A stretch of DNA of 58,491 nt, the filler included, from Sphacelaria rigidula (Eukaryota), in assembly GCA_964200075.2 (NCBI GenBank). It is 5 parts of 5 records of this genome, joined end to end, with 100 filler letters (N's around TTAATTAATTAA, not from the genome) between each part and the next. Parts side by side here need not be neighbours in the genome. Positions count along the whole stretch, not along the records: positions 23,440 to 35,058 come from CAXNAA020004697.1; positions 35,159 to 46,775 come from CAXNAA020004698.1; 3 more parts are not named here. One strand, 5' to 3'. Shown here piece by piece: positions 24,866 to 37,345 of the stretch. Position 1 is the first letter of the stretch, and each line of letters starts with the position of its first letter. The notes under the pieces are model-generated. The model saw nothing but the letters and a program-made list of their open reading frames with translations, was not told the DNA's origin and did not search any database. The translations under genes were made by a program, and so were the position numbers.

Positions 24866-25779
24866 GTCCACGGGCGGTGGGTCCACTGGTCAGAGGCTCA
24901 AGAAGGATTCTTTAAATTTTGCCGTGAGATACTGGGGGTGGGCCCCGTTTCGGAACAAAGATATATCGAAACACAAATGGAGAGTACGACTTTACGGCTA
25001 GTATAGTTTAGAACTTTTATAGTTCGTGCGCAAGGCTTGAGGGACAAGAACGCATATTGTGGCGCCGAGGAAAAGGTACGCTTGGTGTAATCGATGGCGA
25101 CGTGGTACGTGAAGACTACAAAGTCTTTTTCTGGCCTAACTACATCATACTCTACTTGTCATGTCGATTCGAGACGTTCTGCACACCAGCGCGGACATGG
25201 CCAAAACTGGCATTTTGTCGTACAAGCAAAAGGAGCCGACAACACGTTGGGGTGGGTAGAGAGCAGGGTGATCTGCTGTGTGGCGTCAGGGCATACAAAC
25301 GTCGATTTCCTACGGGTGAAGAACAGTAGAGCATGATCAAAGCTATTATACACTTATTTTGTGATCGTATGATGAGTTGAAAAGAAAACGGCTCTTTATA
25401 TGGGAAAGTGACGAGGGTGACAGGAAGTAACCGGGTACTGATATTCTCTGTAGCTGTGAGTCAGGCAAAACGATACTAACAATATAAAATTCCCTTGATT
25501 TCATTTGAAATTTCGCGCGTGGTGGTGTTCATCCGTGATCAAACCCATGTCTGTGAGTTGAAACTTTTTTCCATGTACAGATAGCTTGATAAAGATTTGT
25601 TGTTGAATCGAATGCGCCTGTGTTGAGACTCTCCACAGGTGCTGGTGAGAGCAAAACAAATGAAAATCGCAAAATATCCGGGGACTCTTCCCAACCGGAG
25701 TGGAAATACTGGCACAAACGTCCGATGCAACCAATATTTCATCTCATACTACATGACGAGAGTTACTGGCTCAAACATG

Positions 25780-27150
25780 GGTGTACTTGGATCCCAGAAG
25801 AAGAGTACGTACTCAAGAGGTGGAGAGAAGAAGTATTAGTAAATATTTTCAAATAAGGAGACAAGGCTGACCCAGGCAGGTATAGAGGAATAACGCTACT
25901 AAGCACGCTAAGGAAAACACTCGTGAGAGTCTGAACGATAGGGTGGGAACGATGCAGGAGAGGGAAGAAAAAAACAGCAAGAGGCGAGAAGGGCTTCGGC
26001 GAAACCGTAGCTGCACAGATCATGTGTACACGTTAGGTAGAATCATTCAAGGTAGGAAAGACCCGGGCCTAACAACGTACCGTTTCTCTCTGGACGTACA
26101 GAAGGTTCACTACACAATATGGAGAAATGGGCCGTGGAAAAAGATGTGGGAAACTGGGATCAGAGGGAAAGTATGGGAGAATGGTGAAGAAGGTGACGGA
26201 ATGTGCGAGAAGAGCTATGATGCTCGAGGGGGAAATATCGAAATAAATATATATTTTTCAAGGAGTGGCACAAGGATGTAGGTCATCATCCACTTTATTC
26301 AAGGTGTTCATACATCACATGACAGTAGCAGTAGAAGTAGCAGGGCAAGGAGCCAGGGTGGGGGAAGATACGGCGTCGGGATTGGTATCCGCGGATGATT
26401 CCGTGAGGATATCCAAAACACCAGCAGGATCGCAGGATCAAATAGAGAATGCGCTAGAGTACTCTGGGAAATAGAGAGTGATAGCGAACGTAAACAAATG
26501 CGTGGCAATTGAATGTGTAACGGAGATGACGAGAATCCGGTACAGTTTCAATGGAAGTGAAGAGAAGAGGAATTGGCGATCGTAGGTCAGTATATACTTC
26601 GCGTACAGATCTAAAAAAACTGTTGTTGGGATGCGCGCATGTGTGTGTGTGTTGTCGTCCCATCTATTCTGGACGCCAGTCTACACCTTTCGGTATATGT
26701 GGGCGCACCAGCCGGGACCACACAGGAAGAAGGCCAACACAGGAGCTTTTTGTTTGTTTGTTTTAGTTCTCCACCTTCCTTCTGCAGTGCTTGCCTTTTA
26801 CTTTTGATCGCGAGAGGGGTTCAGCAGTCCCTTTCCCTCGTCGACCATTCAGTCGAATTTTGTGTACCCACGAAAATAGATGAGGCAACAGGAAAGGGTA
26901 AGGCACATAAAGGCAGGATGGACGCGATCCTGAGAGACTCGCACCTTGATACTAGGAATAATATATGCACGCTGTTGAAAATGATTGTACCGGAGCTAGA
27001 ATATGCAGGACAAATATGGGGAGGGAACGCGAAGTTGGTGAAGCAGCTGGAAACAGTAGAAGTGACTGCAGCTGGAAAAATACTTGGATGCTCCAAAACG
27101 ACGAGTAATACAGTATTGAGAGCAGAATTGGAAATATACCAACTTAATAC
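25780..27150 (+). mobile_element. Degenerate LINE reverse transcriptase, interrupted by a SINE
   Basis: RWREEVLVNIFK*GDKADPGRYRGITLLS, GLRRNRSCTDHVYTL, FSLDVQKVHYTIWR, GVAQGC..S.TLFKVFI, GLVSADD, PELEYAGQIW; several stops and frameshifts. Confidence 0.88.
26635..26875 (-). mobile_element. SINE family 1, 5'-truncated, nested in the LINE
   Basis: TCTGGACGCCAGTCTA...CCACCTTCCTTCTG...TCGCGAGAGGGGTTCAG...TTTCCCTCGTCGACC shared with 12050-12290; lacks the tRNA head. Confidence 0.8.
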
Positions 27151-27734
27151 TCAGACAGCGAGGGTCGCCTCAGAATAGTTTCAGCGGCTGACAGTCCAGG
27201 GACATCTGAGGTTTTCCAGGGGACGGGGGGGTGGTTTTTGACAGGGGATGGGAGCTTGCTTGCAGAACAGTCGAAAAATTTACCAAGTCAACCATGTGTG
27301 TATGAAAGTTTCCAGAGGAAAATTACAAGTCTAGGAGGCCCGAGAGGAGCGGAGTGACCATTCTCACCAATCACGGCCATCAAACTAGTCAGTTTGTTCC
27401 CCTACAGACGGACTACAGGTGTAGTACTACTTCGCTGTCTAGCCGTATTTCTCATTTTGATGATGACCATTCAACCATGGATGGCATGAACACAATCAAC
27501 GTGCTTTTACTCAGCTTGTGGTCTATGCCGCCTGCCTGACCCCTCATATGTTGCCAGCGTGGCTTCACACTGTTGTGTTGATGTGAGACACTAAGCCGAG
27601 GCAGTCACTAGCAACATGCATTAGACTTTGACCAGTGGATAGCAATGGGACACTGACCGTTTATTGCCGTTGACCGCTTATTGCCGTTGTGTCCGGCGAA
27701 GACGTCGAGCACACATACCGACTTTGCACGCAAT

Positions 27735-27880
27735 TGACTGCAAGGTCAAAGCCGGTTAGGGGTTCTTCGGGACTAATTCCCATAGAGATACCCAACATCC
27801 ACGGGTTCATGAAGAGGACGTTTTGCGCAGCGAAAAAAGAGCTGTTTTGAACCCCGAATATAGCATAGTCCATCTCAGGT
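27735..27880. repeat. Dispersed repeat, homologous to 24700-24865
   Basis: See partner copy. Confidence 0.65.
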
Positions 27881-28197
27881 AACTTTTGAGGGGTCGCTAT
27901 CCAAGGGTTGAAAATGATGGAGACATGAGAAACTTGGAACGGCAACATAACGTACGGCGCATGTCAAGGACGAGATTGTTAGCCATACTGGCCATCTATG
28001 TACCAGTCTAACCCCGGGAGCCCGGCGCGTACCGTTGTTACCAAGTATTCCTTCGAGGCTGCTATGCACTACCGGTGCCCAGTACACAGAACCTCCCCAA
28101 ATTGTATCACCACCCAACTGAACGAGACACGTGATCTTCCCTTTCCCCTCGTGTCATGCATCGAAACGCGCTAAAATATATGCATCATCGTGGATAG

Positions 28198-28401
28198 GAG
28201 GGCGATGACCCCGCGACAAGCACGATAGAGGGCACCGCAAGAGAAAGCCCCATAAGAATCGGGCAATCACAGGAACAGAGGGAGGAGGTGCGAGCCCTGC
28301 GTGCGCGGGGAAAAGAGCTAGAAGAACGCTTGACGGCGGCGCGGTCTGACCTAGCCTCCGCGCTCGAGAGGCGTGATTTCATGCAGGAAGAAGCGAAGCA
28401 G
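28198..28401 (+). CDS. CCDC93: CCDC93-like exon (coiled coil): EGDDPATS...EEVRALRARGKELEERLTAARSDLASALERRDFMQEEAKQ
   Basis: gatag| acceptor, CAG|gtggg donor, 204 nt open, heptad pattern, phase 0 with the next exon. Confidence 0.7.
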
Positions 28402-29156
28402 GTGGGCGGAGCTTTTTGCTTATTTTCTGGATAAAAAGTGCATACCTTCGACAATAAGGTGGTGTAACTCTTCTTTGTTTTTCTCAATTTTTTATTGATC
28501 GTCGCGCTCCAACTTCAATAGTTGCAATAGGGAAAAGTGTACCACGTAGAGTTGTTGAGCCTATTTGCCTCTTGAGCAAATACACAATGGGCTCGATACC
28601 TTACATGGTACATTTTTCGCAGTGCACTGTTCCCTTATTTCAACTGTTGCATCACCTATCGTGCAAGTTGTGGAAAAGCGCCGGGAAATATCGACGGAGG
28701 CACCAAATAGTGGAACACGATCCCGGGTACAACGAACAGGAGCCAGTCAAATTGCATCGGAAGAGTGGGATCATGAAAAATCCCGATCCTGACGCGAACT
28801 CACTCGTGTCGGATAAGGATATGTACAATACTGTGCTGATTGCAGCTCAAGGGAGTGGAAAGCACCGCGTGTATGTGCAGGCACGCTCACGTTTTTTTTT
28901 TTTTGCGTTACTCACGGGCGTCGTGCCTACAACATGTGCAAGGTGGGCAAGTGCGTGCAACATTTACAGGGTGCGCAAAGCATATGAAGCGCGCAGGAAT
29001 TTCGCATACAAACTTCAGATTAGCATGCATAGGACCTGGTCCTATGAGATCGAAATCCGAGGGAACAAGAGAGTTGCAGCAATTCGTGTGCGAGTCGCAT
29101 CGCAGCAGGCCCTCTCCTCTGTGCCCACAACGCCCTCGCCCCCCCCACCCCACCAG

Positions 29157-30068
29157 GCCCGGGAGTACAGCGGCAAGCTTGCGCAAGAGATGTCCCGCCT
29201 GGGACGTATAGAGCACGGGCTACTACCTGACCAAAGGTCCGCGCTCGAAACCCTACGCCGTCTCCTTGCCACCTCAACGGCTCTCGAGCGGCAGGAGCAG
29301 TCCACGTTGGAAGAGTTTCGCGCAAGGGAAGCGGCGCTGCGATCAGAGATCGATGACTATGTGAACAACGGCGGGACCCACCCGGGCGCCGGGGGGATGG
29401 ACATGGGCCCGGCAGCAAAAACAGCTGCGCCTGGTCGGCAAGATGGGATGAATGTTGTCGGCGTTGGGCAACGAGAGAGTCAACCGCGCAGTCAGTCGCC
29501 TGGCGCCGGCGATGCGGGCACAGGACCGCCGCATCGAAAAGATAGTGATCCATCGCTGCACCAAGAGCGGCTGCAGATACAGCAACATCAAGATCAAAGC
29601 CCTCTTGATGTCGTTGTATCCACCACCACTAGTAGTACTGGTATCGCCTCCAGCGCTATTGCCGCACCGCAAACGTCATTGGAGGGTAAAGCCCTGCTGG
29701 CGGAAGGACTACACCGGATCGAAGCGGCGCATTGGGCGGCGGCGGGCGAGAGAGAGATGTTGGCCACGCGGCTCTCGAGGTTACGCCTGGCGGTGGCGCG
29801 GCGGCAGAGAGAAGAAGACGCCGTCCCCGGCCACGCGGAGCTGCTGCAGTACTTGCTGAGGTTCGAGGAACTGGGGAAGCATGCGCGAGAGAGGGAGAGA
29901 CAGCTTCGAAAGTGCCAGGCGGAACGGTCGACGCTAGCGCTGACGAGGGAGATTTTGGCGGACCAGTCGAGGCTGTTGGAGACTGTTACGAGCGGTGTGG
30001 ACGATGCGGCGCACAAGCATAAGGCCGCGCGGGAGGCGTATATGCATCAGCTTGAGGGCATGATCAAG
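29157..30068 (+). CDS. CCDC93: CCDC93-like large exon (C-terminal coiled coil)
   Basis: LRLAVARRQREEDAVPGHAELLQYLLRFEEL...AAREAYMHQLEGMIK aligns with the CCDC93 motif R..D.VPSRAELIQYQKRFIEL...AARDQFLRQMEQIV; caccag| acceptor, AAG|gtgtgt donor. Confidence 0.88.
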
Positions 30069-30325
30069 GTGTGTATGTGTTGTTGTGAGCCATGATTCGC
30101 CGTGAACACAGTTGGAGCTCCATGCAATACGTGGCGCAGTAGCCTTTTCGCCAGTTCATTCGCGTCGTAAATGGTGTTGATTGCTTTGCCGAATACTATA
30201 TAGTGTCCACTTAGCTTTGTGGCTTTGAGCCGGGCTTCACCGAGTGCCATCAAGGAATTTGGGAAGTGATGCCATCGACTCGATGTGTTTCTTTCCGACC
30301 TTCTTGTCCACCGAATGACTGGAAG

Positions 30326-30517
30326 GGCGTAGAAGACTCTCTGTCCAATCAGAAGCGGTTGCTGGACTCCGCAAGCGATCGACGGCGGACAGCCGAGGAG
30401 ACGCGAGAAGCGTTGGACGAAGAGAAGAGGCGCTTCCTCAAGGCCATGCGGGACTTAACGGAGGCGTGCATGAAGCATGAGGGACTAAAGGCACACCTTT
30501 CTGTCATGCGTCGATAG
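30326..30517 (+). CDS. CCDC93: CCDC93-like terminal exon: GVEDSLSNQKRLL...EEKRRFLKAMRDLTEACMKHEGLKAHLSVMRR*
   Basis: Corresponds to the CCDC93 C-terminus (GIKQS...EKQRLYFKTVKEFKEE); aag| acceptor; TAG at 30515-30517. Confidence 0.82.
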   Translation, partial: GVEDSLSNQKRLLDSASDRRRTAEETREALDEEKRRFLKAMRDLTEACMKHEGLKAHLSVMRR

Positions 30518-31439
30518 CTGTTGTGGTGTGGATGTTGTGGAGCTAGGATGAAGTATTCTGGAAACTTGAATAAAGATCGGTTAGCTGTTCCTCCTTTCGA
30601 AGACGCAAGTGCTTTGAACTTGGAGCACGGTAGCATGTTGGCATGTTCTTGCGTGGAGTCAGTGTAGTGTAGTAGTTCCTGTCCTTCGCTTCTTGAAGCG
30701 AGCGCACTTACTCCTCTCCCAAATTTTGTTAGATCCGTTTATAGCCTTCGACTTCATGTGTTGTTGCTTCACCTGTGTTCCTACATGTGATGATGAACCT
30801 TGCTGTGTGCCTAGTTCGTTGCCAGCGTCAAGGCACGTCCTCTGCAACGATTCCCATCGTATCTGCCAGAAGATGATGGCTTGTGAAAGAGGAACTTGAT
30901 TTTTTTCACGTGAACAATGTGCAGCCAGAGAGCAACAATAGCTGAGATCGTGTGTGCAAGCATGGTCGTAAATACGAATGGAGTTTTGGGGTGATCTTTT
31001 GCTTCACGTCTCTTTTCCCACGAACTAACTCCAGTAACCCAAATCACGGCGATTATACAGCGCTCGTCGCGCCAGGCAACTCTGAAACCAAATCGCTTCC
31101 AAGAGGCCGCCACGCCCACCGTATTGCGTCTCCCCACTTGCCGCGGTGCTTGTCCGCGGTGCTTGTCTCTCTGGCGAGTGGGTGCCGAAAGCCGTACACA
31201 ATCTATCGTGAGTCTTCGAGGATGATGCCGGCCATAGCTTTGCGCCTCACGGTCACCTATCTTTTTCGCCAGAGAGTTCATGTCAAAGGCGGTTTTCTAA
31301 CGAAACGAGGGAAACGATGATCAGTTCGTAATAGTGATATTGACGTGACGCTTCACAACTTCATTATCACGAGAAATCACGCGCCGTTCTAATCGAGCTT
31401 GCTAGGGGGGGGAACAAGTGATACAGAGACGGTGAAACA

Positions 31440-32410
31440 GCACGCGAACAGACCAGCCTCTTCGAGAAGGGCGGCAATCACGCGCAAGGGGGTATGGGTA
31501 CTGTCGCAGATCGAAACGCGGACCGCCTTCCCCACGGGAAGGAGAAGAAGCAACAACAGCAGTATCAGCAGCATATTTACTGCCAGTAGATGTACGCGGC
31601 TGGGGGTGGGTCTAAATCAGCCGGTGCCGATACTGCTGGTGCTGGTGCTTCTGCTGCTGCTGCCCTTCTTCCTCATGGGAGAAACGGTCCGCGTTTCGAT
31701 CGTGCTACAACGCCCACGCACCTTGCACGTGATAGCCACCGTGCTGGAAGGCGCTGGTCCGTACTGCCCGTCGATGCGTCTATGCTTCCTCAAAAGGCAA
31801 AGTGCTGGGAGATATAACCGCGCGTATCTGTCCGCGCGAGCTGTGCACGTCGGGTGTGCCTCGCACGCGTGGCTGCTGCTGGTGATGGGAATGAACCCAG
31901 CGTCCAATACAGGGAAGAACAACTGATATGTACTCATACTGAAAAAGCTGTGGGGGTAACAACATGCAAACAGATAATAGTCTATTTCTAATTGGAGGGG
32001 GCAATAACGCGCCAGGTGCATGGATATTGTCGCACGTCGAAACGCGGACCGCCTCCCGCACGAGAAGCAGCAGCAGCAGCAGCAGCAGCAGCATCTTTAT
32101 TGCCAGTAAATGTGTATGGTTGGGGGTGGGTCTGAATCAGCCGGTGCCAATGCTGCTGCTACTCTTGATCGTAGACGGTCCGTGTTTCAACCGTGCGACA
32201 ACACCCACGCACCTTGCGATTGATAGCCACCGTGCTGGACAGCGCTGGCACATACTACCCGCCGATGGGCCCATGCCATGTCACTCGGCGAAGTTCTGGG
32301 AGATATAGCTGTGCGGATCTCTCTCTGGGAGCGTGCACGTGGAGTGTGTTTCCCACGCGTGGGTACTGCTGGTGATGGGATTGAAGCCAGCATCGCTACT
32401 GCTATAGTGA
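31440..32410. repeat. Two tandem units of about 530 bp, each a long imperfect inverted repeat (foldback)
   Basis: TCGAAACGCGGACCG..(CAG)n arm pairs with (CTG)n..CGGTCCGCGTTTCGA arm around a conserved loop of about 50 nt (TGGGGGTGGGTCTRAATCAGCCGGTGCC); the unit is repeated at about 31990-32400. Confidence 0.8.
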
Positions 32411-32734
32411 GGGGAAGCCAACCTTCAGTCCCATGAAGAGCCCAACAGCCCACGCCTTGCAACCATGTGACGTTGTTCTTCGCATTCTCACGCAAATGTC
32501 CATCCGCTCTCACAAAAATTGATTTTATGAGAGGTGAGAATGTGGCATCAAATCACAACCAATCGGAATCATGAAAAAAACAAGAATCCCCAACCGCCAC
32601 AATCACTATCACCATCACGTCGCGTTCCCACATTTTTGGACTCGAGAACACGGGCCCTAAGAATATTTTGGCCAGATTGAGAGTGTGCCTTTGGACTAAG
32701 AGTTCAGCTTGTTAGCCGTGTGTGGAATGAATTG

Positions 32735-33110
32735 ACATCATTTTCACTTGAAACGCTACTCCGTGAACCTGACTACTAACCCTGGCGGTGAAAGGCTCAA
32801 CTGTCCGAAAAATTAGTCGCTGGATATATTATCCGAAAGCAAACTAACGCCGATATACGATTCTTTGAGATCGCGACAGGTTAATACACTACGCTTGGGT
32901 TCAACGTATTAATAGGAAGAATATTTCTGGAATGAATGGTGTTGTGTGCGACGTGGAATCATAACCTGATCAATGTACAGTGGCGGAATAATGAGAGGAA
33001 TGTTTCGATGGTTGATGTGCTCATCCCCGCTACTTTTTTTGGTCATCTAAGAAAAATATATCGTTCCCTATCATTACTCGTGAAGCTAACGACTCTTAAT
33101 CTAAACGAGT
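32735..33110. repeat. Dispersed duplication, homologous to 34030-34625
   Basis: Shared TTTTCACTTGA, AACCCTGGCG, TTAGTCGCTGGATATAT.ATCCGAAA and TATCGTTCCCTAT..TACTCGT blocks; the second copy carries about 230 extra bp. Confidence 0.7.
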
Positions 33111-34029
33111 GCCGCGATGTCGTTCCAACTATTTTTTCTACCCCTAGGGTAGATGATACGTTGAATCGGCGTCACTTCACCTGACACGCAGATATGTCAG
33201 TGCTTAATGCATCAATGAAAATACATGCAAACACCGTGTTCCTATTAAAAGCTGACTCCCAATCATGAACTGCACTCTCGATCTCGCGAAAAAAATGTGG
33301 CATACATACTCTCTTCCAGGTACAACGACGAACACGCAGCCTCGTTCAGTGGCTTGCGCCTAGTAACGCACAAGATTAATGCCCCCTAGGGCCAAAGTTC
33401 ACAAGAGTAGGGCGGCGCGTGCACTGTGCCAAGTTGACAGGGGATTTCAGTGAGTTAGACCCCCACACTGGCCTTGAGCAAAGTTTCCGAACGCTCGAGG
33501 CGCCAAGTACACATGACTGCCGCGAGGCAGTTTAGCCGAGGCTCTCGGTAATCAGTACACGAACCCGCTTGCGGGTCAAGTGTTGGGTAAGATCTCCTCC
33601 TTCCTCTAAGGAGATACAAGAAAGACCAATGTCTACAAGCTTCGGGGGTGATACATTCACTCGGTGTCGGCGTAATCCAAACGCCCAGCTCTCTGCTGCT
33701 GCTCCCCGGCTGTCTAGATTAAAATGGTAGAACTGGCTCCACTTAGAGCGGAAGATTGTAATTTGGAACCCCGACAGATGCATGAGAACACTTCCGAGAT
33801 CTAGTTTCCACCAAATGATGACGCGTGAGAGTGACTAGCGAAATTGTTCGATTTGACAAAAGTCGTCGTGGTGCGGAAGTGCTAATGCAATCCGCGTGAA
33901 ACAACGCTTTCGATAGATTGAGAGTATATAGCGTTTGATTGAGAGTGAACTGGGGAAAAATAAGTGAGAACCATGCCAATTCCACAAACGGATAGTCAGC
34001 GCCGCAGGTGTCAGTTTGTGGAATCGGCA

Positions 34030-34625
34030 TAATTTTCACTTGAGAAGTTACTGTGTGACCCAGATTGTGAACCCTGGCGTTCAAAGGAATAACGTTCCGA
34101 AAGGTTAGTCGCTGGATATATAATCCGAAAACAAGTCAGCATAGAAAGGACGGTGGAGGGAAGATGTGCCCAGGTGCACCTAGATCCCACTTCTCCGGCG
34201 ATAGTGATGATGAGAAGGACTGTTCCGAAATTGTGGACATGTGTACTTGTCTTCGCCCAGTTTAAATACATGTTTTATTGGTGGGTTGTTGTCGATTATT
34301 GATGAGGTGTCGTCGTTTCCCCCCATCATACCGGCCTTGTGATCCTGACGCCGGCGTGAAAATAGGGTCGCCACCAACATATGATTCTTCAATGTTGCGA
34401 CGGGTTAATACCCTCGCATGCAACGTATGAATCAGAAGAACATTTTTGGAATGCATGCTATTATGTGCCACGTAAAATCGGCAGAACCTGCTTAATGTAC
34501 AGCGGCGCAATAATAAGATAAATGTTCCGGTGGTTAACATCCTCATTCCCGTTATTTCAATGTTAGTTCCACAAAAGTATCGTTCCCTATTAATACTCGT
34601 ACAGCTAACAACTCAAATCTACACG
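34030..34625. repeat. Dispersed duplication, homologous to 32735-33110
   Basis: See partner copy. Confidence 0.7.
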
Positions 34626-34968
34626 TATTCCTCAACGTGTTTGTGTGGGAACCACCACATAGCAGGGGAAAATCTTCATGAGCTCATTTTTTCACACTGG
34701 CGACACCATGTGATAGCTCGTACGTTTCACGAACAGAAGGTCCCGGATCCAAATCCCGGATTCCACCAAAACGGTGGGAGCCAAAAAAGAATGGTAGATA
34801 CGACCTGAAGCAGAGTTTAAAACTCACGGGAAATCTCCTGCGGTGATTATTGGTTGGATGGCCCAACACACGTAGAAGATATGTGAATTTAAAGGCAAGA
34901 CTACAACCGCTGGCTGGCGTAAAAGGTTGCTCCTACAAAACCTCAAGAGGTTCATGGAGGGGGAGGGT

Positions 34969-35058
34969 GTACTCATGATCATGCATGCCATAGTCATAAA
35001 GACCGTTGACCTTGCATCCCTACAAAGCCGGGACGGAGCATGCCGGGTTTTCGCCGGA
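34969..35058 (-). mobile_element. Poly(C)-abutting repeat, subfamily M2 (at contig end)
   Basis: G-rich run 34956-34967, then GTACTCATGATCATGCATGCCATAGTCATAAAGACCGTTGACCTTGCATCCC..., colinear with M1. Confidence 0.75.
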
Positions 35059-35158
35059 NNNNNNNNNNNNNNNNNNNNNNNNNNNNNNNNNNNNNNNNNN
35101 NNTTAATTAATTAANNNNNNNNNNNNNNNNNNNNNNNNNNNNNNNNNNNNNNNNNNNN
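35059..35158. other. Artificial contig linker
   Basis: Same 100-nt N/TTAATTAATTAA pattern. Confidence 0.98.
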
Positions 35159-35284
35159 CCGTAAATGTATTTAAAACGGGCGATAAGAGAACGAAATAAT
35201 TTGAAAAAGATCGGGATTTATCGTCTCATTTTTTTTTTTTTCATTTCATCACTATTTAAACCCCCCCCCCCTCCTCTGAACGAA

Positions 35285-35499
35285 TCCGTGTCCCCCCTAT
35301 GTACCTTCCATTTTGGTCTCGCGGATTGGGTCGGCACGATCGTCGAACGAAACCCCACTACGCTTTGTTTAGTCGCCTACCCACGCTTCCGACGGTGAAA
35401 ATCAGCTACTTCGAAGGGAAAAAGACAACACATCTGGAATCGAGCCCAAGTCCCTCCACCCTATAATGGTGACAGTCAGATTTTTGGACCACCGGGGCG
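35285..35499 (-). mobile_element. tRNA-derived SINE, family 2
   Basis: Minus-strand head CGCCCCGGTGGTCCAA... GGCTCGATTCC (B box); body homologous to 15654-15830. Confidence 0.6.
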
Positions 35500-35519
35500 C
35501 GGTGTGTGTTGAAATTTTG

Positions 35520-37345
35520 GTATGGAGTATCGCAACGAGCTGGGCCAGCCTCGGGCGCAGATTTTCAGGTTACCAGCCACTTCTCTGCTCAATTTCGAGC
35601 GTTGAATTTTCAACTTTGGTAAGGAGAGTCGCTAGGGCATGGCAAAAGAAGGATTTCTGGGTCATTGAGGTATGGCTTTTTTCATGAGTGAAGAGCAAAA
35701 ACAAGCTCCAGATTTCTAAGTCATGAAAAACACAAGGAAAACTCCCAATGCTCCAAATATTATTGTTTTTGTTCTGCCCTAGCGGTTCTCCGCACCAAAC
35801 TGGAAAGCGCCACTCTCAAATTGAAGCGACAATGGGCGATGTACAGCCTGGGCCGGTCGATGTGCGGAACTGTATATCGCAGGCCATATACCAGCTCAGT
35901 TTTGAAACTTGTGCTTCGACATTCTGCGAGGAGAATTGCTAGGGCATAATAAAAGTAGAATCAGGGCATGGAAATAATTAGTTTATGCTCATCAGTTGAG
36001 GACGTTTTAGGGTAGTAACGACCATTTTTTCACGAGAACGTCCTTGCCTAACGAAAACACTAGAGATCCACTTTTGTTTTCCGTATGCCCTTACAATCCT
36101 CCATACTAATTTTCATAGCATAATTCGAAGAACTGAGCTTAGGAGTAGAACCACGGACCAAAATAGGGCCCATTATTCACAAAAACGTTCTTGACTCATG
36201 ATCCATTTTGCCCTTGAAATACTCCATTCCAAATTTCAAAGCACAACTCCCTGAATTAAAGCGAGAATATTAGAACTACTGCAGGTAGAGCGTACGCTCG
36301 TAATATATGGAGTTTAGTATGAAATAGTATGTGCGCCATATCTCTAGATAGATAACGAAGTAGGTAAATATAAGGGTATCGATCGTTCCCCCTTGTTCCA
36401 GGAAATATTCACCCCAAAAATCGTCATCATCCGCTGTACACGTCGTTCGGCACTTCGTACAGACTTTAGTATGGAACTTATCTCTGTGCATGGCAGGATT
36501 TGCTCAAAATGGCGTTTAGTTAACGAGAGAAAATTGGCCCAGGCTTTTGAGCAGATCCGCACCTTCCTCTTGATCATAATATTATTGAGGTGTGCGTGCG
36601 GATTACGGCCCAATTCGTCTGCGTCGACGAGAAATGACTGCGAGAGCTTACATCCGTTTTGCTGCTGGCCCAGCTCGAAGGGTAAAATAGAAAATTACAT
36701 TCGACACATTGAGATTTCGTTTTCTTCACAGCTTTAGGGTCTTTTCATGAAAAAGTAAGTTATTTTTGCCCTCGAATCATTGCTCGGTAGATCTCGATTT
36801 CGCAGATCAGTTTTGAGAGTTGTGCTTCAAAAAGTAGGGAGAATCGCAGCGGCGTGATTGAAAAAAAATGTTTGTAGCTTGTTCTTTTTTTGGTAGTGAG
36901 CTGTACATGTTTTCGTGAGAAATGGTCCACTATACACAAGAACATCCTCACTTCATGAGAAAAAAAGAGGTCTTTGTGCCGTAGATTTTTGTTCAACCAT
37001 GCCCTTGCGATTCTCCACACTAAATTCCATGGCATCACTCTCAAAATTGAGCCGCTGATTGGCGCACAACACACAGTTCCGTTTCGAACTGGCCTAGTTT
37101 GTGAATCTGGATTTGGTAGCTCAGCTGTGGGAGTTGTGCTTTGAATTTTCGCGTGCAGGAAGGAACCTCGAGATTTTTCTCATTTCTGTGGATGAGGAAC
37201 GTTGTTGTTAAAGATAGATATCGTTTTTTCTCTTCAACTCTGTTAAATATGTGTCGAAGCGCCAATTTTTCCTCGATATTATTATACCCTAGCGATTCTT
37301 CACACCAAGATTCATGTTATAACTCTTGAAAATTAGCTGCCAAAC
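35520..37345. repeat. Degenerate AT-rich repeat region with direct and inverted units
   Basis: GCTAGGGCAT.. blocks at 35631 and 35938; reverse ATGCCCTT/ATACCCTAG blocks near 36086, 36999 and 37284. Confidence 0.55.

Noticed and set aside
28572-29156. N-terminal part of the 507-aa ORF as coding
   Set aside because: Lies between a GT donor (28402) and an AG acceptor (29156) and has no coiled-coil or CCDC93 similarity; an open intron frame.
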